Positions 38,021-51,530 of a stretch of 64,000 nucleotides of DNA are shown here, piece by piece (the stretch's first letter is position 1; each line of letters opens with the position of its first letter). The notes below the pieces were generated by a model, which worked only from the letters and a program-made list of their open reading frames with translations, was not told the origin of the DNA and did no database searches. The stretch comes from Amphiscolops sp. MND2022 (Eukaryota): NCBI GenBank assembly GCA_964187785.1, contig OZ076409.1:97962001-98026000 (forward strand), given 5' to 3'. Both the position numbers and the translations under genes were made by a program.

Positions 38021-39666
38021 ATCGAAAACACTTTTGAACATTGAAAAACACCTCCAACACATTAGATTATCATTCACATCAGAGGTGTGACGAGAGCGAT
38101 AGTGTTAGCGACAATTCAGCATGAATTAGCGATAGCGATAGTTAGTGACAAATTAGGGCGTTAGCGAACATTTTCATTCACTAAACAGAATGCAATGCCG
38201 TTAAGGTGAGAACGAATGAAACTATGATTCTGCTGAAAAATATTGGTCCATTGGTGCCCAATCAACATTGACAATTTTGATCCAGAAAGTTTTGGCTGCC
38301 TTACCCAGTTCAGCTTCGGACGAACGGTTATTCAGTGTGGCCGGCAATGTGCAGCACCCAAGGCGAACTAGACTTTGCTCAAAAAATTTTCAAAACTTTC
38401 CGAAATTTAAATGAATATCTTGAAAATCAGTTTTTTAATTAGCGATAGAGTTAGCGATTAGCGAACCCATTTTTTAGTAGCGATAGCGATCTAAACGAAA
38501 AGCGATCTAGCGATCATCAGCGGAAACAAGCCGAGAACAGTTCAAGTCGGACCAGTCACTGTTTTTAAATATCTGCTGCGAAATTTCAAAACACCGAAAA
38601 AATCTACGGACCATTTCGTCTCATCAAGTTTTGCAATCCCCAAAATAGAAATATTTAGATGTTGCAGGATAATTTTGATGCACAAAGAAAATACAAAAAT
38701 GGATCTCTCTGTCCTATGCAGAAGAAAACATGTAGCCACGGCAGAGTTTTGACACCGCCAATCAGCGATTTAGCGAATTTTTATGCTTTCAAAAGTAGAG
38801 GGGAGACCAAAGGGTCCCAACTTTGCGGTTTTTTTCGGCACTATGCGACATTTTTCCGAAATTTTTAAAATTCTATCAAGGGGTAGCCCCTTGAATTTTT
38901 TGAAGTTTTCGGTTTGTAAAAAACGTTTAATAAGCCTAAAGGGTCTCTTTTTGGGTTTTTCGGCAATTTGCGACATATTTTTACCAAATACGTTTGTTTG
39001 AAAAAAAAATATTTTTTTTCCAAGTTTTTCCAATTGTTGTTCCTTGAATATTTTTGAGCCTTAGATACGAAGCCGACTTGGGCCGTTCCCGGCTTGTTGA
39101 AACCAAAAGCACTGAAAAAACGTCGAGCAAACCGCGGTCATTTGACTCCTAATATTTGACAACCTATCTTTTTTCACATTGATTAACAGTTAAAAGTAGC
39201 TCAGTTATTAAGATGGCGGAAAGAATTTGAGCTGGAATAGGGATCCTTTAATAGAATTTTAGCTTGCTCGAGACGTGAATTTTTGCAATTCGGACAATGA
39301 TTGTAAAAATTGACAAATAATTTGTAAATCTGTCCTCCACTTGATGAGGTTTTTAGTATTTGTATATACGGGGACCGCCACTGACACCGTGGAGTGTGCA
39401 CAGTGACTGCAAGGAGGCTCTGCAGCTTGCAGCGATTCAGCACTATCTCATTATAAAATTGCCCCTTTGAACTTCGGGCCATCATTCCCGTTGCAGACCA
39501 ACATAGTTTCGCCTCGCACGGTCTCCTTAATTTGATTTTAAAATTTGGACAATAATAGCAAAAAAATAAGTGTCGTTTTTCAATAATAAAATGTTCTTTC
39601 GTGTTGGGGGAGGGTACAGGGGGGTTGGTAAAGAAGACACACGGTGCAACAAGGTAGCCAGCTAAC

Positions 39667-39783
39667 CTTCGAGGGCGGCCATTTGACTCCAGTCGTAGAT
39701 GGGGTACTCGATCTTGCGACTGTTTCTGGGGGAGGTGTGCGTGGAGCTGCAGGAGTTGTTGTTCACTGGGCACAGGGCGACAC
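39667..39783 (-). CDS. LARP6: LARP6-like gene exon (phase 1 to 1)
   Basis: gttgaAG|GT GTC ... GAA G|GTtagc; VALCPVNNNSCSSTHTSPRNSRKIEYPIYDWSQMAALE. Confidence 0.7.
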
Positions 39784-40037
39784 CTTCAACATGTTTTTTT
39801 TTTTCATTTTATAGTTTAGTTTTTTTTGTTTTTGTTTCGAAAAAAATGCATCATGTTTTTTGTTGTTTATTTCTTTCAGAGAAATGCAAATAAACGGCAG
39901 ATCCGTCAAAGAAAAACATTAAAAAACTATCAGTTGTTTTATTTCAGTGGGTATAAATTCACAATTTGCATCAATTTCATTTAAGTTTCCAAATCTCGTC
40001 CTTTTGTCGAGACGAAATTTCAATTAAAATTTGAAAG

Positions 40038-40498
40038 AACAAGACGAGAACGTCTGAAGTCGGCGCTATATCTAAGGCTCAAAAAGCGCAAAACATTTTT
40101 TTGGAAAAAGACTTGAAATTTTTAAAAAATATTTTCTTTGGAAAAAAGTCGCATAGTGCCGAAAAATGTAAAAGGGGGAACCCTTCTGGATTCATTAACA
40201 TACATTCTGTTGCAAAATATCAAAAAACTTGAAGGGGGACACTTTGGGGACATAAAAAAAATCCAAAGGGGGGACCCTTTAGGCACGTCCGATTTTGTAG
40301 GTTTCCTTGAAAAAGTAAAAAAATGGAAGGGGGACCATTTGGACTAAGTTTGCCTTGGCCGGACGGACTTGGCCTTAGGTGGTTTCAGGAATGTTTCTAA
40401 AAAGTGGACCGATCAGTGTGAGGATTGTAGTTTGAAGAAAAAAAGTCACTGCTATAGTCGGGCATTTTTCCTTGAAAGGAAAACGCGCCGACTAAAAA
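40038..40498 (-). mobile_element. HINE family A copy
   Basis: aacaagacgagaacgtctgaagtcggcgc ... atagtcgggc...gcgccgactaaaaa. Confidence 0.8.
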
Positions 40499-40622
40499 CA
40501 CTTGTCACACCGTAGTAATGACTAATATTATTACTAATCACAGAAAACATAAGGTTGATATCATAAAACTAGTGAAAGAAAAAACAAATGAAAAACAATA
40601 CCTTGTTTAAAACCATACCAAC

Positions 40623-40807
40623 CTTGGTTGATACACTGGAACTGATTGAGTGCTTCGTTGCCGCCGGCACTGTTGCCCCCCACAGGCGAAGCAGCACCCA
40701 TGCCAGCAGCTGCTACCACAGGTTTGAGCCACCTGTTGGGAGACACACCGGCAGTGGGTGCGGCCATCGGAGGCAACGACAGGTGGTCCGTGCTCCCTTC
40801 CGAAGGA
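40623..40807 (-). CDS. LARP6: LARP6-like gene exon (phase 2 to 1; alternative donor at 40602 possible)
   Basis: ctcctcgtttgcAG|T CCT ... CAA G|GTtggt; PSEGSTDHLSLPPMAAPTAGVSPNRWLKP...QCINQ. Confidence 0.75.
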
Positions 40808-41849
40808 CTGCAAACGAGGAGGACAATATAAACAATTACGTCACGGCACAACAAACGAGAACAACTTCTTTCAAGTGAAAGAGATATAGAAGTTTATTTC
40901 ACCATTTCCGAGGGATGGACGCCGAATAAGCAGTTCTGCTTGTCTAAGTGGGCGCCCTTTCGGATACATCTCCCGGAAGCAAGCTATGGTACCATATTGC
41001 ACCCAAAAAGTCAAGTAGAGGTTGCCTTGAAAAAAAAACAAGAAAACGAACCTCTTGTGTAAGGAAAAAAAACTTCGTGAAAATTCGTACACAGACGAAA
41101 ACACTGTAGGTCTTTTCCACATTTATTGAGAAAACTCTCATCTGTAAAACAGGACCAAATAATTGTTGTAATCTCAAGATACTTGGTTCTAAGACATCGT
41201 TGTGTTTAAAAGTTGACTATCTCATATTTCAATCTCATACGCGTATCAATGTAGGTTCAAAGTATACTAAATGGTAACAAATCTATGCAACAAATAGACA
41301 GCAATTAGAGTTTTGTTGGTCAATAGCACCAAATGTCTCTCTGTCTGTTGTCCGTATTAATACGGTTCAGAGTCGAATCTATGCATGTCACAATAATAAT
41401 CAAAGTCATTCTTTAAATTCGGAAAAGGCTTTTCCTCGACAGAAAAACAAAATTGAGAAAAAAGTAAAACTTAGGACCCTATCCTCGCAAAACGTTTTAA
41501 TCCTGGTAAAAATCAAACAGCATTTTCTCGGAAAAATTGCAAAAGACGCCGCATAGTGCCGTAAAAATCCCAAAGGACGGACCCTTTGGGCTTTCCTCAA
41601 CCTTTACAAGCATACAAAAATTTTGCCTCGCGTGGAACTCTAAAGAAAACGAAAAATAATTGTGGTTCTCTAGCGAACTTACAAGCTCGTCGGGAAAATG
41701 GTAGCATGAGAATATATGATAACCAATTGGAACACCGAAACTTCCAGAAAATCACGTAAGAACCTTTAGTTTCTCCCAGTGAAGTACATTTATATTCATT
41801 TTAATTTTTTTGCATTTTAAATTGAGGGCAAATATACATACACAATTTC

Positions 41850-42810
41850 AATGATCGCAGTTCGGGATATAAATCATGGTAGTAGTAATAGGCTTCAATT
41901 TACCCCTTGGGGAGTTTACACAAGGAGAAATACAGATTTACAAATGGAGAGATAAGTAAAAAGAAATCAAAGAAGCTCTCAGGATACACAAAAAGAACAT
42001 TTACATTTTATATGCCACGTACAGGTTCTGTTCAAGACATACTTAGTTCGAGTTAAAAGTAGAAAGTACTGTCGAAGTTGGTCTTAGGAGTTATGCGAAG
42101 GAGTGATCAAGTCGATTTCAGTAGTCAAGAAGATCATTGACCAGTTGAGTTACTCTTGGGAAAAACGACTGAAGAACTATTTTTCTTTTGAATGTCGGCG
42201 CGACGAGTTTGGGTTACACATTACTTCGCAAGGATCTGTTGTCACATTGTACGGTAAAATGGTCATGGAAATTTATGCACGTGGCTCCAGAGGAGATGCC
42301 GGCAAACAAGCGCAAGTCTCGTTCTATTTTCTGATAGACAATGGGCATTGTTGCTGATGTCTGGAGAAGAACGCTGTATGGATTATTGCCGAAGCACCAC
42401 TTCAGACCTTTGTGGTTCAAAGATTCCATTTTCTGGCTAAGACAAATATTTGCGGACCATGAAGAACAACAGTATAAGATGATGGAAACAACACACGATT
42501 GGAAGAGTCGCAAAAAAACAAACTTTTAGTCGCATTGACAAGCTTGGTCAAAATATGAGCATTCCAGCTTAAATCATTCGATATTGCGACACCTATATCG
42601 ACCGCCCTTGACTCTTCCTGCAAAGTTTGATGTCCAAGAACTAAATAACAAGATTTCGTTTTCTGAAAATGCAAGTAGCAGCATTCGTCTTTATGAAATG
42701 TCAATTCGTTGTCATAAGCCCAGAGACATTGTGCTCAGATCTGACTGGAGCTTTTCAGGATCAACACTTGAGCAGATTTTGGTATCATAAATCATGAATA
42801 TAAATGTACA
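41850..42810 (-). mobile_element. Decayed CR1/L2-type LINE, RT C-terminal portion and 3' end
   Basis: Frameshifted IYDTKICSSVDPEKLQSDL (degenerate ADDTK..LQSDL), DIGVAISNDLSWNAHI, LFQSCVVSIILYCCSSWS. Confidence 0.8.
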
Positions 42811-42891
42811 TCACTGGTTTCTCCTGAAAACGACTTCGCGTTGCAAAAAATAACTGTTAGTATTGTCGCCTATGTCAACAATTTTATCATA

Positions 42892-43580
42892 ATGAGGTCT
42901 CAAAGATTCGAAATAATTTTATCCTGGTGAGGTCTCGAAGATTCGAAAAAATTTATGCCAGTGAGGCATTGAAGATTCGAAATATTTTCATCATAGTGAG
43001 GTCTGGAAGATTTGAAATAATTTCATCCTAGTGAGGTCTGGAAGATTCGATAGAACTTCATTCTAGTGAGGTCTGGAAGATTCGAAAAAAATTCATCCTA
43101 GCGAGGTCTGAAAGATTCGAAATAACTTCATCCTAGTGAGGTCTCGAAGATTTGAAACAATTTCTTCCTAGTGAGGTCTGGAAGATTCGAGATAACTTCA
43201 TCCTAGTGAGGTCTGGACGATTTGAAATAATTTCATCCTAGCGAGGTCTGGAAGATTCGAAATAATTTCATCCTAGTGAGGTCTCGAAGATTTGAAACAA
43301 TTTCTTCCTAGTGAGGTCTGGAAGATTCGATATAACTTCATCCTAGTGAGGTCTGGAAGATTTGAAATAATTTCATCCTAGCGAGGTCTGGAAGATTCGA
43401 AATAACTTCATCCTAGTGAGGTCTGGAAAATTCGAAATAATTTCATCCTAGTGAGGTCTGGAAGATTTGAAACAATTTCATCCTAGTGAAGTCTGGGAGA
43501 TTCGAAATAACTTCATCATAGTGAGGTCTGGAAGATTCGAAATAATTTTTTTCTAGTGAGGTCTCGAAGATCCGAAATAG
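42892..43580. repeat. 35-bp minisatellite, about 20 copies
   Basis: Unit tagtgaggtctggaagattcgaaataatttcatcc repeated head-to-tail without spacers. Confidence 0.97.
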
Positions 43581-44369
43581 TCAATGTTGTTTCAATGGGC
43601 TATTTTCTGCACACCACCAAATTTAAAAAAAAATAGTGAAAAAATTTTAACAAAAAGACTTGAATACAAACTAGAAACCTTCAATATTAAATATATTTCA
43701 AGGGTGACAGTTTAGAATTGAGATACATTGTTCACGCCATTTTTGCCTATGAAATCACGCATTCTTGATGGAGAAATAAACTTCTTACTGTTTTGAGTCA
43801 CAAAAAACAGTCAATTCGAACATAATGTGTGAAAAATGTTTTGCTCAAACAAAAAACTATTCTAACAGACGTTAACTTCCTGTTATGAAAAAATAGTTCA
43901 CTTTCAATTAGGCTAGTCTGAAATTTTTAAAGAAATTTGCTTGCAAAATTTTTGGTGGTGGTGGGAGGGCAGAAAAGAGCCCAATTCTTTTCGGCACTTG
44001 TACAATACTGTAATAAATGAATTGGACTGGACCCCTGATTTTTCATTCTATTCTTCAAAAATCAAAAATCGATGTAAGGACCGCGCGTACTGAAACCGAG
44101 ATTAGGTGTAGAGAGAGAGATGGGATTTTTCCCTGGAATGGACCCCTGATGGTAAAAAATGAATTGGACTCGGAGATCAAAATCTACCGAACAAAATGGT
44201 ATTTTCGAAAACTGTAAAACTGAAAGTTTGTCAATTTTTCACGCTGATTAGAAATATTTCTGAAAATTCTCCTTTTTTGGGGGACAGAAACGAGCCTTAC
44301 TGAGGTCTCGAAGATTCGAAACAATCAAAGTTGCTTTAATGACATGTGGTGCTTGCTTCTATAGCCAAC

Positions 44370-44589
44370 CTGGAGCAAGATATGCTGTGGAAAGAGCTAC
44401 CGGGCGGACTGAGGAAGTTTGAGGAGTAGCTGCTGCTCTGCAGGGCGGCCAGAGTGTGGCCCCTGGGGGAGGAAGAGGAGCCACCACCACACTTGGGTGG
44501 ATACGTGCCCCCATGCAGTCCCCCCGCACCCACAATACCTGCCGCACCCCCTGTTTGTTGGACACCCAGAGGCGCCCTCCACATCTTAC
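44370..44589 (-). CDS. LARP6: LARP6-like gene exon (phase 1 to 2)
   Basis: gtgtgtcctAG|GT AAG ATG TGG ... TCC AG|GTtggc; KMWRAPLGVQQTGG...SFHSISCS. Confidence 0.75.
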
Positions 44590-45742
44590 CTAGGACACAC
44601 GAGTTCATTGCAACGATTCGAACTAACACGCCGGAATCGGCATAAGTCGGCGGCATAACTAAGGCTCAAAAATAGCAAAAGGACTTCAAAATGTCAAAGT
44701 ATTCTTATATAGTACACGAAAAACCCAGAAACTGGACCGAATTGGCGCGCCAGTGGACCCTTTTGGAATTTTCAATATTTTTGTCATGAAACATCAAAAA
44801 CATTGAAGGGGGATCCTTTGAGAACATTCAAAAATTTTCGAAAAAAAAGTCTCACAACGCTGAAAAAACTGAAAGGGGTACACTTTAGTATCGCCCGGTA
44901 TTGTATGTTACGCGGAAAAAAAAGGAACAACTGTTGTATTTCAGTTCCTTGGGCCAAAGGTAATTCATTTATCTGACTATAAAATAAAGCCCATTTAAAC
45001 TATCAGTGATATTAAATTGGTCTTCAACAGTCAGTGTCGCCATTCGGGTTGAAAGTTAAGAGAAACTTCTAACAAGCCGGGAACGGCCCAAGTCGCCGCC
45101 ATATCTAAGGCTCAAAAATAGCAAAAGGACCACAAAGTGTCAAGTATTCTCTTCTACAGTACCCGCATGAGGAAAAAAATTGAAAAAAAAATCGATTTTT
45201 TTTCATTTTTTTGGTCCCCGGGAAGTCGCATAGTGCCGAAAAATGTAAAGGGGGACCTCAAAAAAGCCTAATTAACCTCTATCTCAAATGCCAGTAGAAG
45301 TAATGTGCCATTTAGCGTTAGTTCAAGTCAGCTTATAAAGCTTATAAAATCTGTCACTTCGTTGGCCTTAAAAAAAAGAAAAGTCACTACTATTGTCTGC
45401 GTTTTTCTACGAAAAGCGCCGACTAAAAACCAATTCGGTTTTGATATATTCACCCTCAAGTAGACACATTGTAATGCATTATTGCTGAGAAATGCTGCTT
45501 CTGGCACAAATTTCCGAGGAATGAGCTGTGATTGGTTGAGGCACAGAGCCCAAAAATATCTACTACTGAGAAAAGCAAGTCAACGTTAATTCTTGTCAAC
45601 GGTCATTGCAAAAATAAATATTCGAGCAAATGACTGAATTTGTAAGAATATATTCTAACAGAAAACTTTTGGGAACTTTTTTTCAAACTTTTTTGCCCGA
45701 AATTCGAAAAAACTGGTGTATAAAGATTTTTTCAATTATCAC

Positions 45743-46980
45743 TAGAGCTGTGCGCGGTTAACCCGTTAGCCAAAAAGGAAGTCGGTTAACCGGTTAAAAT
45801 TTCATAGCCGGTTAACCGACCAATAGCGTGCGACCACGCATCTTGGGTGTGAAACCAACCGCAAAGTCAATATTGCGTCAGCCACTTGTTAATTAAAGCA
45901 GCAATTATTGAAATTTCAGAGTGTGGCCGTGGCGATGCTGGCGGTCTATCCAGTTGGGTTTGGACGCAATTCAAGAGAAAGAAAGATGATCCTTCGAAGG
46001 CCATGTGTAACATATGCCACAATGATTTTTCGTTCTCTGGCGGAAACGGAGCATTGGACTACCACCTGACAAATGGCCACAACTTGAAAAATCCTTCTCA
46101 GCCGAAAACCACATCTACATCAAAATACAGAGACGCATCTGGTAGGGCTGTAAAACAAGAAATACCCCGACACAGACGGATTTCAGCCGCTGGGCCGCGA
46201 CGCCTGTTAATCGACCTTGCCCTGCTTCTCTAGCGAAACATATTACGAATCTGGTTGTTGACTGTCACAAAGGATCTCTTACCCCTCTCATTTGGACAAG
46301 GCGACGGCGTTAAGGCGTTATTTGTTTATACGGAACCCAATTAACAACTTCCAACACACAAGGCTGTGCAAAATAACCTAATGAATCGATATGAAAGTGA
46401 GAAAACGTTATTGACAGAATTATCGATCGAAAATCAAGGGTCCTTGACATGTGAAGGTTGGACCAACAGTCAAATGGTGGGCTTTTTCTCGATCACAGTG
46501 CATCATTTGGACAAGGGGTGGACATTACATACAAAAAAATTTTCGATCGAAAAAATTCTCACATCGATCTTCCAGAGGTCAGTGACAATACATGTCCTCA
46601 CATGATCTCACATGTCCTCACATGACCTCACATGATGGAAGTTGAATGAATCACAGTTTCCATGACTTGCAAAATTGGCCAAACGTTATCTGCAAATTCC
46701 GGCTACTTCTGCTAAATACGAGCGACTATTCAGCAAGTTTAGTACCATTTACGATCGAAAACGAATGTCTTTGCTTAAAACGACAGCAGAAGCTATCTTG
46801 TTTCTTAATTTTAACAAGTGCTGATTCTGATTTGTAGTGTTATGTTATGTTCTAAACTTAAATTTGATTTGAGTTTCTTAATTTACGTTTCATAACTTAG
46901 ATTTTTTTAAATCGAAAATTAACCGGTTAACCGATTTCAATTAACCGGTTAAGCCCAAAAATTAACCGCGCACAGCTCTA
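45743..46980 (+). mobile_element. Internally deleted Ac/ZBED-type hAT transposon with transposase pseudogene
   Basis: Perfect 19-bp TIR tagagctgtgcgcggttaa; perfect TSD attatcac; BED finger SWVWTQF..AMCNIC..LDYHLTNGH; SLTCEGWTNSQMVGFFSITVHHLDKGWTLH. Confidence 0.95.
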
Positions 46981-47087
46981 ATTATCACATATATCATTTC
47001 ATCATTAGTCTTAGTTTATGCAAAAGTGTTCTGTTATTTTACGTAATTTGAGAAATAGGGTGTTTTCTGTATAGTAAAGCAATCTAC

Positions 47088-47359
47088 CTCCTGTGATGTT
47101 GGACAATCTGCCCCTGGTGTAAGAACTGTGCTCGGATCCTGACAGACTCTCACTGCTGCCTCCTCGGCTGAGAGGCCCACTGAACCTGTCCTGGGGCAGG
47201 GAGAGCTGTCCGAACCCCCCCACTATCCTGCAGAAGGGCGGCGCCCCCGAGTGACCTCCTCCCCCCGCCGACCCGAACACGTTGGGCGACACTGACCTCG
47301 AGTTGGCCGCACTTGTAGAGGTCACGTCTTGCAGGGTGATCGAGGGAGACGGAGATGAC
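47088..47359 (-). CDS. LARP6: LARP6-like gene exon (phase 2 to 1)
   Basis: tgaccttttAG|G TCA TCT ... GGA G|GTagat; SSPSPSITLQDVTSTSAANSRSVSPN...RLSNITG. Confidence 0.8.
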
Positions 47360-48870
47360 CTAAAAGGTCAAAGTGGTCAACAGCTGCAGGTCAAAAGGCT
47401 CGTGGATCAAAACCTTCAAAAACTGAGCGGAGGGGCGTCTGAAAAGTAACATTGGACCATGCTTGTTATCCCCCTATGTATTCTAGGAAAAGTTCTTGCT
47501 CGAATAAAAGAAATTTATATGGTACTAAATACTTGAAGAATTGTCTAAGGTGTTTTGACACTTGCAGCGAAAAAAAAATACCCCATTTTTAATATTATTG
47601 TCCAAAATAGCGAAATTTCACCTCTGGAACACGCCAAAATCATATAGAAACGCAAACCCTATTTTAACGCAAACTTTTTCCGCCATGAAACAAATTGGGC
47701 CATTTTTAACGGTGAATTATAGACGTTATAACCAATATCATGGTAAGTATAGTTGCAAGTAAAACAAAAATTGCCCGAGAAATGAATTTTATCGAAAAGA
47801 AATTATCGAAATACAAGAAAAACCCCGAGGAGCGAATTCAATTTTCACAAAACAAAGAATGTTGATGAGGTTTGGAGATACAGCGGATAAAAGAGACCCA
47901 GAGGGCGGTCAGAAAAGAGTTTCTTTTACCCATATTTTATTTTATCAGTTGTCCCATTTGCATAGAAAGTTCGTCTTGTATAGAAGCTGAAAAGTGAATA
48001 CGTTTCCTATATCCAAATGTTTCTTTTATCCGAGTTGGACCAACACATATTCGTCCATTTTAGAGTCTTTTGAACATTCCAAATTAATGACTTCAACAAA
48101 AAATCAATCAAAAAGCAATTAAAGGACTTTGAAAATTTAAAAACGGAATGAAAAAGGGATCTTTTCTGAATCCCCGAATACCGATTTAATTCAATCCCCC
48201 CAGCTGAGCGGTCAAGTTAGACTATCATTGAATTATTGGTGACAACCAATCAAATTGAGTATTTTATAACTCAAATCAATCAACTCAGTATTTAACCGGG
48301 CCCGGCCCAAGTCGGCGCCATATCTAAGGCTCAGAAATATCAAAAGGACTTCAAAGTGTCAAAGTATTCTCTTTTACAGCACCCGAAATTATTTTGAAAA
48401 AGTCTCACAATGCCGAAAAAAAATGGAAGGGGGAGACACTTTGGGATTTTTCAACATCCATTGTCGCAAAACTCCAAAAAATTGAAGAGGGTGGAAAAAT
48501 TATCTTTTCTGTTAATTCCCCCCACCACCAATTTAATCCCACCCCCCCAATCCCCCCAGTTAGGCGGTCAAGTGAAATCATCATTGAATTAACAGTAACA
48601 ACCAATCAAATTGCAGTATTTCATAAACTCATCGCTGATAGTGGTGGGGAATTGAAATTTCCGCGCTCACTGTGGGGGGATTAACAGAAAAGATCCGAAA
48701 AACATTTCGAAGTCGCACAGTGCCGAAAAACTCAAAAGCGCCGACTAAAAAGGTCAGGCTTAAAACTAACTCAATTGTTTAACATGATTAGTTTACAACA
48801 CTATCACAGGGAGTGGGGATTAAAAACTCTGCAGTGAATGAATGAAGGAAGTGAATAGAATGCGACGAAC

Positions 48871-49047
48871 CTGTAACTGGCCGAGCAGCTCCGGGTGAAC
48901 CACTTCTGAGTGCCCCCTCCTCCCCCTGCCGAGTGGTGTGTGGGGGGTGTGTGGCACCCCCCGGTGAGCGACTCCGCGATGGCCGCAGACCGCGAGTTGA
49001 TGAACAGCTGGCGCTTCTCTTCTATCCGCTTCCGCTTCTTCGTCCCA
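48871..49047 (-). CDS. LARP6: LARP6-like gene exon with basic NLS-like patch (phase 2 to 2)
   Basis: ggtggtaaAG|T GGG ACG AAG AAG CGG AAG CGG ... TAC AG|GTtcgt; GTKKRKRIEEKRQLFINSRS...WFTRSCSASY. Confidence 0.75.
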
Positions 49048-49646
49048 CTTTACCACCATTCAGGGTGTCAAATGTCGAAATTGAATATTGGAAAAACTGG
49101 GAGCCAAATTGGGAAAAGCAATCAACATTGGGAAACCAGAGCCGAATGGGCGGTGAAGGAGTCGGAGACGGATTGAGAAATATTGAAAAACAAATTACCT
49201 TCTTTATTGTCATTTGGCCATTTTTCGACTATATTTAGCTACGTTTCTCACATCCCATTCATACGATTTTGAAGTCATTGCGCATGCAGGAGCGCGTTTG
49301 GGTGTAGAATGACTGTGCTAAATTTCATGAAAATCGCATGAACAGTTTTTGAGAAACTTGAAATATTCCATGAAAGGTCGTCGTGTGAAAAAAAGGTACG
49401 AGTGCAAAGTAGTCAAAAACTTTTTCCGACTCCTAAATATTTGATACGTTTTTACTACAATGAAATAGCAAATTTTCTTGCCAGGGATTTCAAAATCAGA
49501 AGAGAACACTTCGAAGTACAGAGGTTTTGCAATGAAGTTTCAACTCGAACCTTTCACAAGTCAAACTGCGTTGAACTTCCTTTACACAATTTTGAAACAT
49601 CGAACCTTTTCACCAACTCAATCACACCTTCTTGAAGCAACAAGTA

Positions 49647-50005
49647 CCGTATATTCCAGCGTATAAGCCCCCCCTTTTTTTAAATCTTTGGTGGTCAAAA
49701 GCTTGGGGGCTTATACGACGAACATAAAACGAAGACCGTTTTTTCAGGATCAAAATTTTGGCATGATCACTATTCACCCATTTGATGACGAGTTGGATGG
49801 CGTTGCAGTTGATTTTCTTTTCGAAGAAGTTCCAGAGCCAGAGGAAATGACAGATGATGACTCCGATTTTAGTCCCTGAGAAATTTTTCTTGATTTAGGG
49901 GGGGGGGCTTACATGACGAACATACCGTAAATCAACAATTTCCCTTTCAAAATTGGGGAGGGGGCTTATACGGAGGGGGGGGGGCTTATACGCCGGAATA
50001 TACGG
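49647..50005. mobile_element. TA-flanked pogo/Tc1-type MITE (related short element ~61542-61714)
   Basis: ta|ccgtatattccagcgtataagcccc ... ggggcttatacgccggaatatacgg|ta; acidic-tail-like remnant inside. Confidence 0.85.
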
Positions 50006-50269
50006 TACTTATTGCACGCTGAAGATACGGTGGATTCCGGATGTGAAACGTGGTGTTTCTTACAATCGTACTTTCTTATATGCGGTTTTAAAAAGGAATT
50101 AATTTGCAGTTGGGGCCAAGATACACATTAACTACAAGCGGGATTCGTTTAGTAAGTAAGTAGAGGAACACTGAATTCGACAATTTCATGATAAAATTCA
50201 TCATGAAAGATGACAGTGTACAAAAATGAACTTCATTTGAAATGAATTTTATACTAGGCAATGCAGACT

Positions 50270-50700
50270 TCTTCCTAAATGGAGACTAGAATATAAAATC
50301 CACCCAGTTCAAGTCGTAATTAGGTGCTGGGTCCATCCTCATTTTGAAGTGATACACCTCTTTCAATTTTGTTTAAATTTTTCAGGTTTCGATTCAAGTT
50401 TCCTTAGATCCTCGGCCAGTGAATTCCAAACGGAAATAATGCGCTTGAAAATAGGAACTCTCATTATTTTTGAGACGACGGAGAAGTTGAAGGACAAAAG
50501 GTTGGATCTGGGAGCCTCTTTTATCTGGGAGATCCACTGTTCTGACATTTCCAAACAGTTAATTGAATAAAATTTCCCGATTTTGTATGATATTTTATCC
50601 GCAACACTCCTCATTCTGGAACCCAATTTGTTCGAGGCTTTCGTTAAACGGGTATTGCGCCTTTGAAAGTATTTTCTGGTACAGTGTCATGCCTTTTGTT
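50270..50700 (-). mobile_element. CR1/L2-type LINE 3' remnant
   Basis: IFKRIISVWNSLAEDL...KFKQN resembles the 'R.I..WN.LP......FK' LINE ORF2 terminus. Confidence 0.6.
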
Positions 50701-50719
50701 GTTTATTTAGAACAAGCAG

Positions 50720-51462
50720 TTTTTTAGTCGGCGCATTTTAGTAGAAAATGTGCCCGACTCTTTGTGCCCGACTCTTACAGTGGGTAGTTTTTTTACTCGC
50801 GTGAGGTCCACTTTTTTGTTCATTTGTTCAGTTTGACCAAAACATACCGCAAACCTTGGAACCTCATCCAAAATTATAAAACCGACGTCCAGAACCTTGA
50901 AAACAACTGAGGATCCCCACTTTGGCTATCTGGGTGTTTTTAACTTGAATTTTTTTCGGCACTATGAGACTTTTTTTCGAAAATTTTTTGATTGTACCAA
51001 AGGGTCCCCCTTCATTTTTTTTGATATTTTGGAACATAATAGATGTTTGAAAATCCCAAAGTGTCTCCCCTTTCAGATTTTTCGGCACTATGAGACTGTT
51101 CAAAATTGTCATTTTTCATTTGACATTAGGTTTTCTCAATACATATCCACCAATATTTTTTTTCAATACTATCCGAAATTTGAACGTAATATCCGGAGTA
51201 AAGCGCTATATCCGAATTTTTGACGTTATTTCCGAAGTATATTCCGTTTCACTGAGGAGGAGGCGGAGGTTCGAAAACAAGTGCTCGCATTTGTCCCAGC
51301 CGCTATATCCGAACTTCTGAAGCGTTTTCCCAGCACGGAAGGCTTCCTTTGGGTGAAACTTTTTTGTGAGTTTTTCATAAAAAAACGTCATGAGCATATT
51401 TTGAAAATTTTGCACTTTTTGAGCCTTAGATATAGCGCCGACTTTGGCCGTTCTCGGCTTCT
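50720..51462 (+). mobile_element. HINE family A copy (variant with tatatccgaa repeats; similar at ~55758-56310 and ~58698-59512)
   Basis: tttttagtcggcgcattttagtagaaaatgtgcccgact ... agcgccgactttggccgttctcggctt. Confidence 0.85.
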
Positions 51463-51530
51463 TAGTAGATACCAGATGAAATAAATTATTATTTTGAGTA
51501 GTAGCGAATGAGTAGACAATTTCGACATGC

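Noticed and set aside
39201..39773. 190-aa ORF as a standalone gene
   Set aside because: It overlaps the 117-nt exon in another frame and continues through an interspersed repeat.
42892..43580. CRISPR-like 35-bp periodic array
   Set aside because: Units abut with no unique spacers, there are no cas genes, and the context is a eukaryotic intron.
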